Shown: in pieces, positions 39,952 to 49,864 of the stretch | Numbering within the stretch: position 1 is the first letter of the stretch | How the letters are laid out: each line of letters starts with the position of its first letter | Source: a virus | IMG/VR virus record: IMGVR_UViG_3300042147_000025 | Coordinates: 1 to 64,000 of that record | Length of the DNA: 64,000 nucleotides | Direction: 5' to 3' (one strand) | Translations under genes and position numbers: made by a program | Notes under the pieces: generated by a model | What the model was told of the DNA's origin: nothing | The model's input: the letters and a program-made list of their open reading frames with translations, nothing else | The model's database searches: none

Positions 39952-41087
39952 CAGATTTCATATCCGTTGCAAGAAATAGAAAAAGTCATCGTCCCAGAGG
40001 CAACCGTGCAGCGATAGTAGATAGTTTGTGGGGTAATAATAGGGATGTTAGGCATTTGACTAGGAAAACCAGCGTTTGCAATAGCAGCACTAGTTGCTGA
40101 GCTAACCTTTTCACCAAGACCTACGCCCGCAGCAACTGCTGAAGATCCAGCCAAAGAAGTGGTCATGGTTACAGTAGCTGACGAAGATGCAATGGTGGTG
40201 CTGAAGTCACCACGCTTTGCATTAAAAGGGGTTACGAGAGAAGTATCTCTAATGAAAAGAGATGCTTGTGGAGTACTGCTTGTGTAAAAGACGTTATTAG
40301 GTATCCAAACATGCCGATCCTCAACAAAGACTGGGCTGAATTGTCCGGACGCATTTGTTGGTACTACAGTCAAAAGAGTGGAAGCAGTATAGCCAGACGG
40401 CATACTGGCACCAGAATAAACTTCTGTTTGAGTTGCAAGTGTTGCGTTCTTTGCCAAAAGTGCACTGGTTGCGGTGGTGGGGTTGTAGATCGCATAAAGT
40501 GCAACATACCCACTAATTGGTGCAGAGCCTGTGTCCATACCACCAGCACCAACAGTTGCCAAGTTGACACTATGACTAAAGCTGGGTAGGTTCTTAACTG
40601 CACCCCCCAGAGAGGATTTAGTAATAACCTCATCAGCAGTATAAGTGGCAGTGGATGCTGCCGTAGTAACCAACATCAACCCATTTCGTACAGACCCAAT
40701 AACAGGTCCACTAGCTGCTGAGAACGTAGCGAGAGATGTGTCTGTAATAAAGGCAATTTTCCAATACGTATCCGTAGAGTCCGTGGTGGGGTTTTGTCCT
40801 GCACTATCCTGTACAGCAACATAAATATTACCATCAGACCCTTGTACATAACTACGTACACCAGAGGTAGTGAAGTAGTAGTTAGAAGTAGCATCCCACT
40901 CACTGATACCCTTCTGGAACAAATGTAGGATTGCATTGTCCTGACGATTCTGTGCAAAGTTCTCCCACTGAAAAGGTGGGACTTCGGCTGTCCAACCAGT
41001 CTGAATCTTTACATCACTAGGAGCAACAATAGCACCACCCGATGCCCATTGAAACGAAAAGTCCGGTTTTGAAACTTCAGCAGCCAT
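39951..41087 (-). CDS. Tail fibre protein
   Basis: WASGG...KIQTGW..EVPP.QWEN N-terminus; GAGGMDTGSAP..GYVALYAIYNP. Confidence 0.8.
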   Translation of the reverse strand: MAAEVSKPDFSFQWASGGAIVAPSDVKIQTGWTAEVPPFQWENFAQNRQDNAILHLFQKGISEWDATSNYYFTTSGVRSYVQGSDGNIYVAVQDSAGQNPTTDSTDTYWKIAFITDTSLATFSAASGPVIGSVRNGLMLVTTAASTATYTADEVITKSSLGGAVKNLPSFSHSVNLATVGAGGMDTGSAPISGYVALYAIYNPTTATSALLAKNATLATQTEVYSGASMPSGYTASTLLTVVPTNASGQFSPVFVEDRHVWIPNNVFYTSSTPQASLFIRDTSLVTPFNAKRGDFSTTIASSSATVTMTTSLAGSSAVAAGVGLGEKVSSATSAAIANAGFPSQMPNIPIITPQTIYYRCTVASGTMTFSISCNGYEI

Positions 41088-41101
41088 TATTAAATCCTTT
41101 G

Positions 41102-41851
41102 TTAGATGAGCTGAGCATATTGCCCACCCAATGATAAATCACTTAAATCTCCGTAGCCTTTGGCATTCAGAGCACCTTGAAAACCAAAATAGTCTTCAGC
41201 AATAAACTCACCAAAATTGATTTTTACACCAATTGGCTTTGGAATAAATCTGGAGGGGTAGCCAGAAGAATAGGATGTATAAGTTAGAAGTACTTTCTCA
41301 AAAGAAGATAACTCTCTTCCTAACATCACAGTAACTTCAGCATTACCCTCCGCAACAACCAAGCTCATATCAATTCCAAATATGAATTGCATAAACTCTA
41401 TGAATTGGTTTGGGGTTACATTTGTATTATTCTTTACAATCTTAGCTTTAATGAACAATCGATATTGTTCATCTGTAAGCAGTGTATTCCCAGCTAGTGG
41501 ATTGTTGATGTCATAATAAGGACCACCAATAGCTGGGTTATCCAAGTCACCGTAAGATTGAGCATCTGGATAACCAACAAAAGCAAAGAACGTCAACAGT
41601 GCTGTATCAATAAGCTCTCTTGGTTGGCCTACAATATCACCAATAATATCTAATTGAGCACCAACAGCAGTATCAATAGAACGCTCTTGCATCAGTTGAC
41701 GGAAGACTTCTTGAAGCTCAATCTTTCCGCCAAGGAGGATTTGGAGGTACTTGTCGAACGTAGGGGCAGATTCTTGGCGAAACTGTTCAGTCGTTCTGGA
41801 GCGTGCAACAGAAAGGTAATCCTCAATATTGAACGGATTTAGTTCAGACAT
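41102..41851 (-). CDS. Baseplate wedge protein (DUF2612-like)
   Basis: IDTAVGAQLDIIGDIVG; L.DEQYRLFIKAKI. Confidence 0.75.
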   Translation of the reverse strand: MSELNPFNIEDYLSVARSRTTEQFRQESAPTFDKYLQILLGGKIELQEVFRQLMQERSIDTAVGAQLDIIGDIVGQPRELIDTALLTFFAFVGYPDAQSYGDLDNPAIGGPYYDINNPLAGNTLLTDEQYRLFIKAKIVKNNTNVTPNQFIEFMQFIFGIDMSLVVAEGNAEVTVMLGRELSSFEKVLLTYTSYSSGYPSRFIPKPIGVKINFGEFIAEDYFGFQGALNAKGYGDLSDLSLGGQYAQLI

Positions 41852-42737
41852 GAAAACTCCTAGGCATTAGATGGTCCATTTGCAGAACATCTTTAGTAAA
41901 TAGTTCTGTATTACCCACCCGCAGGACATTAACTCCTTTGGCCCTATATTCTTTAAACATTTTGAGAATGTTTGTTTCAGCCGCCCGAGCATCTTTACCG
42001 TTTTCAAATCTATATGAATAGAGCACAGTAATCTTTTTTAAATCACAAGGTTTAAATCTAGAAGTAACACCGAGATTAGTGATACCCACTTTCCAATAAG
42101 TTGTACCATTGTCATCAACTCTTAGGTAGTACAAATAACCTGGAAGTTGTGAAACAAAACCCCCTTTCTTACAATTTGAGCACCCACTACCGTAGATAAT
42201 ACTTGCTCCAATTGGATAAAAAAGTTGATTACATACTAGACAAAGACATTCTATTGGTGTGCTGTTGTTTACGTAATTACCCACCACTTTCACATCATGC
42301 TGGAACTCATCAAAGCATTTCTGTAATTTTTCTACCGAACCCTTAGCTTTTCCGCTGCACATAAGGCAGCCTGAGTACTGGAGAAGATTGGCTGTGGAAG
42401 CTTCCCATTCATAATCACAACACCGACAACGAGCTTTGATAGGCTCCTGACTTCCTTTGTAGTCAGAAACCAAATCAACGTTCCTATTATTATTGTCGAG
42501 GAGTTTTTGATAAGTTTCTTTTGTATATAAGTAAGTAGAGCAGCATGGACAACCCTTCCCACGTAGTAGGACGGAGGGCGTAGTAGGCCAACTATACTGA
42601 CAGACGTTGCAAACAACATCTAAAAACCCTGTGCGTGTTTTATACACACCTGTGATCTTTAAGGTTGGTCTTTTTTCAGACATTAAATGAAAAAAATCGG
42701 ATGCTATTTTTGCATTGTTTTCTTGTCTTTTACTCAT
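41844..42737 (-). CDS. Homing endonuclease with CxxC repeats and GIY-YIG-like C-terminus
   Basis: Three C..C...GC..C modules; YLYYLRV...WKVGIT...GNTELF. Confidence 0.7.
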   Translation of the reverse strand: MSKRQENNAKIASDFFHLMSEKRPTLKITGVYKTRTGFLDVVCNVCQYSWPTTPSVLLRGKGCPCCSTYLYTKETYQKLLDNNNRNVDLVSDYKGSQEPIKARCRCCDYEWEASTANLLQYSGCLMCSGKAKGSVEKLQKCFDEFQHDVKVVGNYVNNSTPIECLCLVCNQLFYPIGASIIYGSGCSNCKKGGFVSQLPGYLYYLRVDDNGTTYWKVGITNLGVTSRFKPCDLKKITVLYSYRFENGKDARAAETNILKMFKEYRAKGVNVLRVGNTELFTKDVLQMDHLMPRSFHV

Positions 42738-42740
42738 TAA

Positions 42741-44180
42741 TCAGACCACTGTAATATTGGTTGTGTTCAAGCTTGCAATGGAATCAAACGGAATTACAAT
42801 GTTACTTGTCCCAACAGGACTTGGTGCAGTCCCAATTGTGAGGGATACAACCTCATGACCAACAATTGAGTTAATAGGTGTATACAGACGACTGTAGATC
42901 ACATCATCACCTGTGCCAAAGTTAGCAGTGAAGTACTCAATCAATGCCGACTTGATAGCATCATTCCCGTTGGGCGGGAAGTTCACATCTGTGGTGATGT
43001 CCATGCTAATATAAATTACAACAGGATCTGGACGAGAGAAACTAATGTCGTGAGGGAAGCCCTGAACATCAGAAATACTTACAGTGGTGTTACCATAGCT
43101 AAGAATACCAATTGGTTTGTTATCCCAAATAGCATTAGCAATATCTGTACTCAATCCACCAGAAACAATAGGAAGGAAGCTGTGTGCAGGAACACCGTTA
43201 CCGTCTACAACAGAAGTATCATTTTCATAGATGGTAACCTCACTAACATTATCAAGATTGATAAGAGCAGAGTAGATAGCATCTAGTGTATTAGTTGCAC
43301 GATCAAACTTGCCATTGCGGAACCTAAGACGAAGCTCTTCATCTGTCTCGCGATCTTCACCGGGAGTAGCTGCGACAGGGTTGTTTACACTATCCCAACC
43401 AAGCATTGGTGTCAGGATGGTATCAATAGTATTTGCAGGTTGCTCAATGATACCGGATTCAACTGCAACTACTTCACCAACAGTCCGTACTTTATTGATA
43501 CCAAGATTAACAGAAGTTGTGAAGTTTACTGTTTGAAAGATATCATTTCGATCAATTACAAGAGTCGTTCCAACAACAGAGGCTGTCAGTGTTGGGTGAG
43601 CACCAGCAATAACACCTTGCAATCCAGCCAAGATTTCAGCAACCGTGGCACTTGCATCAGATGTATAAGTGATGGTATTAGAGGTTGTTGTATTGGCATA
43701 AGTGATGGTGTAAGCTGTGCTATCTTGTAAGGTGACAACTGATACGGTTATGCCGCTAGCGTTACTCGGGGATAGAGAAATAGCGCCAACTGTAGTGAAT
43801 TGCTCGCCAGTTGTAGAGCTACTTACAGTTTGTCCAACAGGGATTAGCGTGTTAGTGTCGCCAGCAACTAGAATAGACGATGTGGTGAACGTTTGTTCTT
43901 TGCGGGTAATACCAGCGTATGCTACAAGGTTATCTAGGGCAATACCAGTTGCAGAGTTTGGGTCAAAGGCTGCATAGACTTCTTGAGCAGCTTCCCAAAG
44001 GTCTGCTTCAGAGGGAGCAGCTAGGGAGATTAGGCGACCTAGGGCCGAGCTGTCTGAAACATCTACAACTTGTCCTACTGGAGTGAGGTCAATAAATAAT
44101 TGTACAGCTAAGGCTCTGTCATCAGCTAAGATATCTGCAAGCCGTTTAATAACAAAGCCTGCATCCGTTAAACCGGCCAT
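42741..44180 (-). CDS. Baseplate J-like protein
   Basis: ATGIALD, GEDRETDEELRLR, KPIGI. Confidence 0.85.
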   Translation of the reverse strand: MAGLTDAGFVIKRLADILADDRALAVQLFIDLTPVGQVVDVSDSSALGRLISLAAPSEADLWEAAQEVYAAFDPNSATGIALDNLVAYAGITRKEQTFTTSSILVAGDTNTLIPVGQTVSSSTTGEQFTTVGAISLSPSNASGITVSVVTLQDSTAYTITYANTTTSNTITYTSDASATVAEILAGLQGVIAGAHPTLTASVVGTTLVIDRNDIFQTVNFTTSVNLGINKVRTVGEVVAVESGIIEQPANTIDTILTPMLGWDSVNNPVAATPGEDRETDEELRLRFRNGKFDRATNTLDAIYSALINLDNVSEVTIYENDTSVVDGNGVPAHSFLPIVSGGLSTDIANAIWDNKPIGILSYGNTTVSISDVQGFPHDISFSRPDPVVIYISMDITTDVNFPPNGNDAIKSALIEYFTANFGTGDDVIYSRLYTPINSIVGHEVVSLTIGTAPSPVGTSNIVIPFDSIASLNTTNITVV

Positions 44181-44199
44181 TTATAATCCTTTTGTTTAA

Positions 44200-44571
44200 T
44201 CAGTTGATCGGGGATACCACAATCGGACTAGAAATAGTTCCGTCAATAACTCTAACTTGAAAAGTCAACGTGTACTTCCTATTAACGAAAGTTGAGTTCC
44301 AAGAGATGATTTCTTTAACTCCGGCATCAGACAAGACTTTTTGTTGCAAAATTAAGTCGGTTGATGCTTTAGAAGTTTGCTTGATAGCTATGATGCGTTG
44401 GCTGTACGGAATGCCGTAAGTGGTGTCAAGGAACCATTCACCGAGCCAACTCTGAAGAAGAATCAACAAACGTTGTCCTGTCACCTCAACTTGAGATTGG
44501 GTAGTGTCTTCTTTGAGCAAGGGACCATTGTGCCAGATTATGTCGTTCTGGTCGTTCAATTTGAAGTCGAT
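44200..44571 (-). CDS. Baseplate wedge/sheath initiator (gp25-like)
   Basis: WLGEWFLDTTYGIPY; start may be ATC at 44571 or TTG at 44559. Confidence 0.7.
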   Translation of the reverse strand: MDFKLNDQNDIIWHNGPLLKEDTTQSQVEVTGQRLLILLQSWLGEWFLDTTYGIPYSQRIIAIKQTSKASTDLILQQKVLSDAGVKEIISWNSTFVNRKYTLTFQVRVIDGTISSPIVVSPIN

Positions 44572-44645
44572 TTCACACCTCCTACGTCTTGTGCATACAG
44601 GAAAAACATGCTATATTTATTCCCTTAACTATTAGGAGAACTACC

Positions 44646-45200
44646 ATGATTTTTGATTTAAATTTTATTAATGAGTGCTTTGACGTTGATTTTTCAAAAG
44701 GGTTGCTGTCTTGGAAAGAGGATAGACCTACTAATCATTTCAGGACTCCGGGTGGTCACTCTTCTTGGAAGACTAAATCTTCATCAACGTCACCCCTCAC
44801 AAAGAACAGTAAAGGTTATCTTACTGTTGGTGTAACTTTTGAGGGTAACTATATAACTTATATACAACACAGGATCATCTATGCCTTGTTTCACGGTGAT
44901 GCCAATCCACCATTGATTGACCACTACAACAGGAATATCACAGATAATAGCATCAGCAACCTACGTCCCTCTTGTATGGCTGGTAATGCTAAAAATCGTA
45001 AAATGTCCAAGTTAAATACGTCTGGGATAACCGGTGTGGAATATAGAGTCAAACCAAGTGGCTATTACTTTTGGATAACAAATTCAGCAAAAGATGAAGG
45101 ACCAAAAGATATAGTTTTCCGTGATTTCTTTCTGGCTTGTTGCGAAAGAAAAGCTTGGGAATTGAAGAACGACTATACGGTAGAACATGGAAAATATTAG
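44646..45200 (+). CDS. HNH homing endonuclease, antisense to the late operon
   Basis: HRIIY...IDHYNRNITDNSISNLR; NTSGITGV; AGGAG RBS. Confidence 0.8.
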   Translation: MIFDLNFINECFDVDFSKGLLSWKEDRPTNHFRTPGGHSSWKTKSSSTSPLTKNSKGYLTVGVTFEGNYITYIQHRIIYALFHGDANPPLIDHYNRNITDNSISNLRPSCMAGNAKNRKMSKLNTSGITGVEYRVKPSGYYFWITNSAKDEGPKDIVFRDFFLACCERKAWELKNDYTVEHGKY

Positions 45201-45982
45201 TTTGTACTTACACCAGAAGTACCTGAACCCACTGTAACACCTAGATGCTTGTGAAGGTTTATATTTATTCCACTAAGTACATATGTGCCCGTTTGTGTAT
45301 AATTACCTACCTGAGTTATATTGCTTTGGTAGGTAATGTCTCCGATCCAAGTAGTATTTCCTACATCAACGGTCATTGTTTGCGCGTTTAAGTTAATGCT
45401 ATTTGAGGCATTAATAGTGGCATCCGAACAATTGATTACAACCGGTTGATTTGAAGTGTTAACTTCAATACTGCCGTCAACCTTTAGCCTAACTTCACAC
45501 TCTACACCGCCCAGATTTTGAAATAAAACAGTGTCTTTAGTATCGTGGGTCAGGGCATGTTTTGCTGGATTATTCACAGCAACACCGGGGGGTTGAATAC
45601 CCGGAAGAAAGATGGCGTCTGACTTATCCATCTTAGCGAAGTTCATTGGACTCGCTGGCCTACCATTCCCAACTTTCCAGCCATCCATATTCCTCATAGA
45701 GAACATTGCTGTACCAGTATCTCCAACTTCAATTGGAAAAGTGAAGCCAGCTTTCTTGGAGACTTGAAAGGATACAGGGACATTGCCGATTGTTGGACGT
45801 TCTGCTACTGTACCATCTTGCAGCTTTTGATTGATAGTCGGTTGGATATCTACAACCTGTCCAGCAAGACCATCACGCACTGCAACCACAATGCAAGGAA
45901 TAATAGTATAGATGTTTTGCATCTGGCTATCGAAGGAACTAACCATTGTACTTTGAATAGCAGCTACAGCTTCTGAACTCAT
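45197..45982 (-). CDS. Baseplate central spike (Gp138-like)
   Basis: VDIQP, FPIEVGD.G...FS.R, beta-repeat region, C-terminal HKH. Confidence 0.8.
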   Translation of the reverse strand: MSSEAVAAIQSTMVSSFDSQMQNIYTIIPCIVVAVRDGLAGQVVDIQPTINQKLQDGTVAERPTIGNVPVSFQVSKKAGFTFPIEVGDTGTAMFSMRNMDGWKVGNGRPASPMNFAKMDKSDAIFLPGIQPPGVAVNNPAKHALTHDTKDTVLFQNLGGVECEVRLKVDGSIEVNTSNQPVVINCSDATINASNSINLNAQTMTVDVGNTTWIGDITYQSNITQVGNYTQTGTYVLSGININLHKHLGVTVGSGTSGVSTN

Positions 45983-46878
45983 GAACCACCACCTTTTTGT
46001 ACAACTTTCTCTAGGCTAGTTGCACGTATCTCACTGTACCACCCTGAGCTGCGCCATCCACCAGAGTGACGTAATGATTCAACCTTAAGCCAGCCAGTAA
46101 TTAGGGTATCTTCAAGATAGATAATATCTCCCGCTCTAATATCAGGATTCAAAAGAATCTTCATCTGAATGCCGGGCTTCTTTACTTTATCTTTCTTAGA
46201 ACGTTGTCTATCACCAGAAACACGGTAAGGAGTTTCGATTAATCCTGTATACTTTGAGATGACATATGCAAGGTCAAAGTTTTCATTATTAGGACGACCT
46301 TTATCGTGTACGTAGACAACACCATCATCTAGTTGCCATTCACAACCATATTTCTCGCAGAACTCATCCATCATCTCTTTAGGGGTTCCGCTGAGAGGGT
46401 AGCCACCAATGATTGGGTTGTTTAAGTTGGTCCCGCTAACAACACCCCTGTCAGCCCCAATAGCTTTGACAAACTTCTGAACCACAACTTTTGGATCTTG
46501 TCCTTCTGGAACAAATTCAGAGAGGAGTTGATGATTGAGGTTTGTATATCCGCTTCCCATAGTGACTTGCGTAATCCTATCCGTACCTGACTTCCTTGTA
46601 GATACATGAGTCACCTGTCCGGCAAACAACCGCTTAGGTCCGCCAGTGTCTAGATAGCCAGCTTCGAACACAGCAGCCGGATAGTCGGTGTCTAGTAATT
46701 TAACGTGTTCATCAGAGAGGTTGTAGATTTCTATAGATGCGCTATTTGTCCGCTTTTTATTATCTGGACTTTTACTGATATCAAAAGTAACCTGAAGGTC
46801 TGTAATTTCTAATGCTTCGCCAGAACTATAGTCACCAATTATCAAGCGGTACTGCCTATTACGTTGTATAAGATCCAT
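45979..46878 (-). CDS. Baseplate hub protein
   Basis: N.ASIEIYNLS, EAGY, TGLIETP, LLNPDI. Confidence 0.75.
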   Translation of the reverse strand: MDLIQRNRQYRLIIGDYSSGEALEITDLQVTFDISKSPDNKKRTNSASIEIYNLSDEHVKLLDTDYPAAVFEAGYLDTGGPKRLFAGQVTHVSTRKSGTDRITQVTMGSGYTNLNHQLLSEFVPEGQDPKVVVQKFVKAIGADRGVVSGTNLNNPIIGGYPLSGTPKEMMDEFCEKYGCEWQLDDGVVYVHDKGRPNNENFDLAYVISKYTGLIETPYRVSGDRQRSKKDKVKKPGIQMKILLNPDIRAGDIIYLEDTLITGWLKVESLRHSGGWRSSGWYSEIRATSLEKVVQKGGGS

Positions 46879-46891
46879 TGATTACCCTTTA

Positions 46892-47651
46892 TCAGTAAGG
46901 CTCATAATCAAAAGAAATCAACTTAGTGTAAGCCTTTTGACAGAGGTTATCTTTGTAGTGATCCGCCAGAGAGCGTACTTTATTATTAACGTGAAGTCTT
47001 ACAGACTCAAAGGCATCAAACTTATTACCATAAGAACCAAGGCTTATTGCTTTACCGCCAACCGATGAAGTAGCGATAAACCTACCAGCACGAAGTTCAA
47101 CACCTTTTGGTAAATCAGGGTTTCCAGATATCTTTTTCGTGCGGAATATCACATTCAATTCTCTTGGGAGAAAGGTGAAAGGTGCATGTCTCTGGATTAT
47201 AATTTTTGTTATTGTGGACAAGTAAGTCTTTATCTAACTGCCAATTTGGGAGGTTAAATCCCGGTTGTTTGTTACACCATTCTGCAAACACTTGAAAATT
47301 TAACCAAGAGTCTACTACTTGACAGTCAACATACGACTGCAACTGATTCTTAGTGTCGTAACAACGGGCCAGCATTGCAGACCAAGTGTTGTACTCCTTC
47401 GTAATATTCCCTGTTCTACCGGCTGAATAAATACCCACACCTATAAACCCCTTTCCAAAAACCTGTGGCGAATTGGGATTCTTTACTTTCCCAGCCTGAA
47501 GCATGTGTGAGTAGGTTTTAGTTATAGTTCCATCTTCAAATTTCACGAGTATGTCTTGGCTTCCGTTGTATTCAACAACAGCACAATCACCACTAAAGTT
47601 TGTCTTGAATACATCACCAATAAATATTTTCTGTTTTGGACCTTTCATCAC
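46892..47651 (-). pseudogene. HNH-type homing endonuclease frameshifted by a 7-bp duplication
   Basis: WSAMLARCY, WLNFQVFAEW, LDKDLL...ETC; CACCTTT duplicated at 47171-47184; removing one copy gives ETCTFLPRELN. Confidence 0.85.
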
Positions 47652-47704
47652 AACCCCACATATTTAAATTGAGGTTAGATTGTAGCATCAAGTCGCAGTG
47701 AAAG

Positions 47705-48040
47705 TCAACTTTCTTCTGACCACAAATAAAACAAATTGTAATATTGATCAATAGAATCAGGATACACCTTATAAGGTTCACTAATTATATCTGCTTTTTC
47801 TTCCATCCAGATAAAACCTGTCAACGGAAAAATAGCGTAGTCCAAGAACATTGGATAATTAGGAACTAAAGCTTCCCCTAAGATGATTGGATTACTATCA
47901 GCGTCATAGAGATTTACAAAATATAACTTAGCTCTTTCATTGTAGACAAATTCAAAAATGTAAGAGTCGCCTTGAAAGGCAATGGTGTATGTATAATATG
48001 CACCACTGAACAAAGGCATTGCTATATATTTATCAGCCAT
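47705..48040 (-). CDS. Virion/baseplate protein
   Basis: 111-aa ORF at the usual position before the hub gene. Confidence 0.6.
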   Translation of the reverse strand: MADKYIAMPLFSGAYYTYTIAFQGDSYIFEFVYNERAKLYFVNLYDADSNPIILGEALVPNYPMFLDYAIFPLTGFIWMEEKADIISEPYKVYPDSIDQYYNLFYLWSEES

Positions 48041-48818
48041 TTTCCCTTGCCTTTCTTAGTGGGTCTGTGTCTTTAGGGGAATCACCAGTACCTACATCTT
48101 GTGGTGTACTATCTTGCTTACCTTTAGAGGCTTTACTTGAAGCTTTCTTTTTAAGAGAGTCTTGTACATCTTTTGGGATAGTGGTCTTCTTTAAGAAAGC
48201 AAAAGTCACCTGTTCAAAAGTAATATCACAATACAAACCATATCCAGTGTTTGGGTCTTCCTTAAAAGTAATCTTAGTCATTACAAGATTGTTGATTACT
48301 TTACGAAGCAGTGTGCTGTCATACTCAAACAAACGAACAAGTTGAATGCTGGGATCAAAGTTACCAGTCTTATCGTTGAAGACAACACCAGCAGTAAGAT
48401 CAATCAGAGCTTGTCTAATTTGTTCTAGAAGGTCAGCACGTCTGCTATCAACCACTACTTCCGGAGTACTATCAGATAGGAACTGGCCGATACTGTCTGG
48501 AATAAACTTCTTCAGGACACTTTGGTCTGTAGAGTTCACACTGACAGCATTAGGGGCTTGATTACTGTTGTATGGAGAGTTACCATCCAAGTCTTGGATT
48601 AGGTAAGTTCCAGTGGAAATGTCTACACCCGTAATTACAGCACCAATTGTAAAGATTGGATTCGCAGAAATATAGTGGTCAGTCACCAGTCCACCGGACG
48701 CAATTGGATGTTTTGTAACTTGCCCAGAATAATTTTGTGTATAAGAAGTTACCGCCGAGAGGTAAATAAAACCCCCGTCTTGGACTGATGAATCACCCCA
48801 CTCTATCGCTAATGACAT
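48033..48818 (-). CDS. Tail tube initiator/Dit-like baseplate protein
   Basis: VTKHPIASG..VTDH; follows the tape measure gene. Confidence 0.65.
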   Translation of the reverse strand: MSLAIEWGDSSVQDGGFIYLSAVTSYTQNYSGQVTKHPIASGGLVTDHYISANPIFTIGAVITGVDISTGTYLIQDLDGNSPYNSNQAPNAVSVNSTDQSVLKKFIPDSIGQFLSDSTPEVVVDSRRADLLEQIRQALIDLTAGVVFNDKTGNFDPSIQLVRLFEYDSTLLRKVINNLVMTKITFKEDPNTGYGLYCDITFEQVTFAFLKKTTIPKDVQDSLKKKASSKASKGKQDSTPQDVGTGDSPKDTDPLRKARENG

Positions 48819-49806
48819 ACTCAGTCCCTTTCATTAGACTACCATTAAATTTTTCATAAATTTCAACAATATCTTCTATGTTGTGTGGATAAGTAGTTTC
48901 ACTATAGCCATCAGGCAACAACTGCCTATCCACTACTCCGCAAGTTAATGTATTAATACACTCACGTTCTGCTGCCTTACAATCTGAAATATTCGGAAAT
49001 TTATAAACTTTGTGTAATACAACATCTAACCCAGAAACCCTTTGCTGCTGGGAAACACGGATTAAAGAATTATTAGAAATTCCAAACTTAATGGCAATGA
49101 TGTTATCGTTATCTTTGATTAAGTTGATGTAGGCTTCTGTTTGTCTTTGCTTTGCACAACCACAAGACCTATTCCCCTTCATCAGAGTAGCAGAACGAGC
49201 CTCTACATTCTGAAGACAGTCAGGGCAAAACACTTTCCAGTATGGTCTATGACCTTTAAAATCTTCTGTAGTACTTCTTGCAAAAGTAGTTCCTTCAGAA
49301 AAAGATCCCGTTGCAAAGAAGTCTCTGACAAACTCTTCATCAGGTTTAGATGCTCTCTTACCTACTGCCTCAAAGCGGCAACCGGGACAACCAACATTTC
49401 TATTTATGAAATTATTGATAATTCCACTTGACCAAATACCATGAGTTTTGCACTCAAGTGATAATTTAGTTTTTCTGTCTGTGAATTCACCAGCCCAGCC
49501 ATGAAATACATATCCGAGTTCACCTGCTTTTCTTTGACAAACTATCTTATAATATCTTTCATCTCTTCGGGCAGAAACTGAACATCCACACGGTACTTGC
49601 CCCAGTATCAAACTAGACTTGATTGACCTAAACAGTCCATCTCCATATAATTCTGGGTCTTTTTCACAAATACTACACTTTACAACGTACATTTTGGATG
49701 TAGCGCTTTTACCAGACCAGCCAATAACTTCAAGTTGGTTTTCCTTGCCAAATCTGGTGCCAACAAATTCGTCAGTTTCAATTTTATCAAAATCACTGTA
49801 GTACAA
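48793..49806 (-). CDS. Homing endonuclease with Zn modules and GIY-YIG-like C-terminus
   Basis: CSIC...PCGC, C.THG...GCPGC, IKFGIS...DGYSET; TTG start after AGGAG. Confidence 0.7.
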   Translation of the reverse strand: MYYSDFDKIETDEFVGTRFGKENQLEVIGWSGKSATSKMYVVKCSICEKDPELYGDGLFRSIKSSLILGQVPCGCSVSARRDERYYKIVCQRKAGELGYVFHGWAGEFTDRKTKLSLECKTHGIWSSGIINNFINRNVGCPGCRFEAVGKRASKPDEEFVRDFFATGSFSEGTTFARSTTEDFKGHRPYWKVFCPDCLQNVEARSATLMKGNRSCGCAKQRQTEAYINLIKDNDNIIAIKFGISNNSLIRVSQQQRVSGLDVVLHKVYKFPNISDCKAAERECINTLTCGVVDRQLLPDGYSETTYPHNIEDIVEIYEKFNGSLMKGTEYVISDRVG

Positions 49807-49864
49807 TTTAAACACTCCTAAATTAAAGTCTGAATATTGTACTACAGCTTTCTGAAAGAATCAA

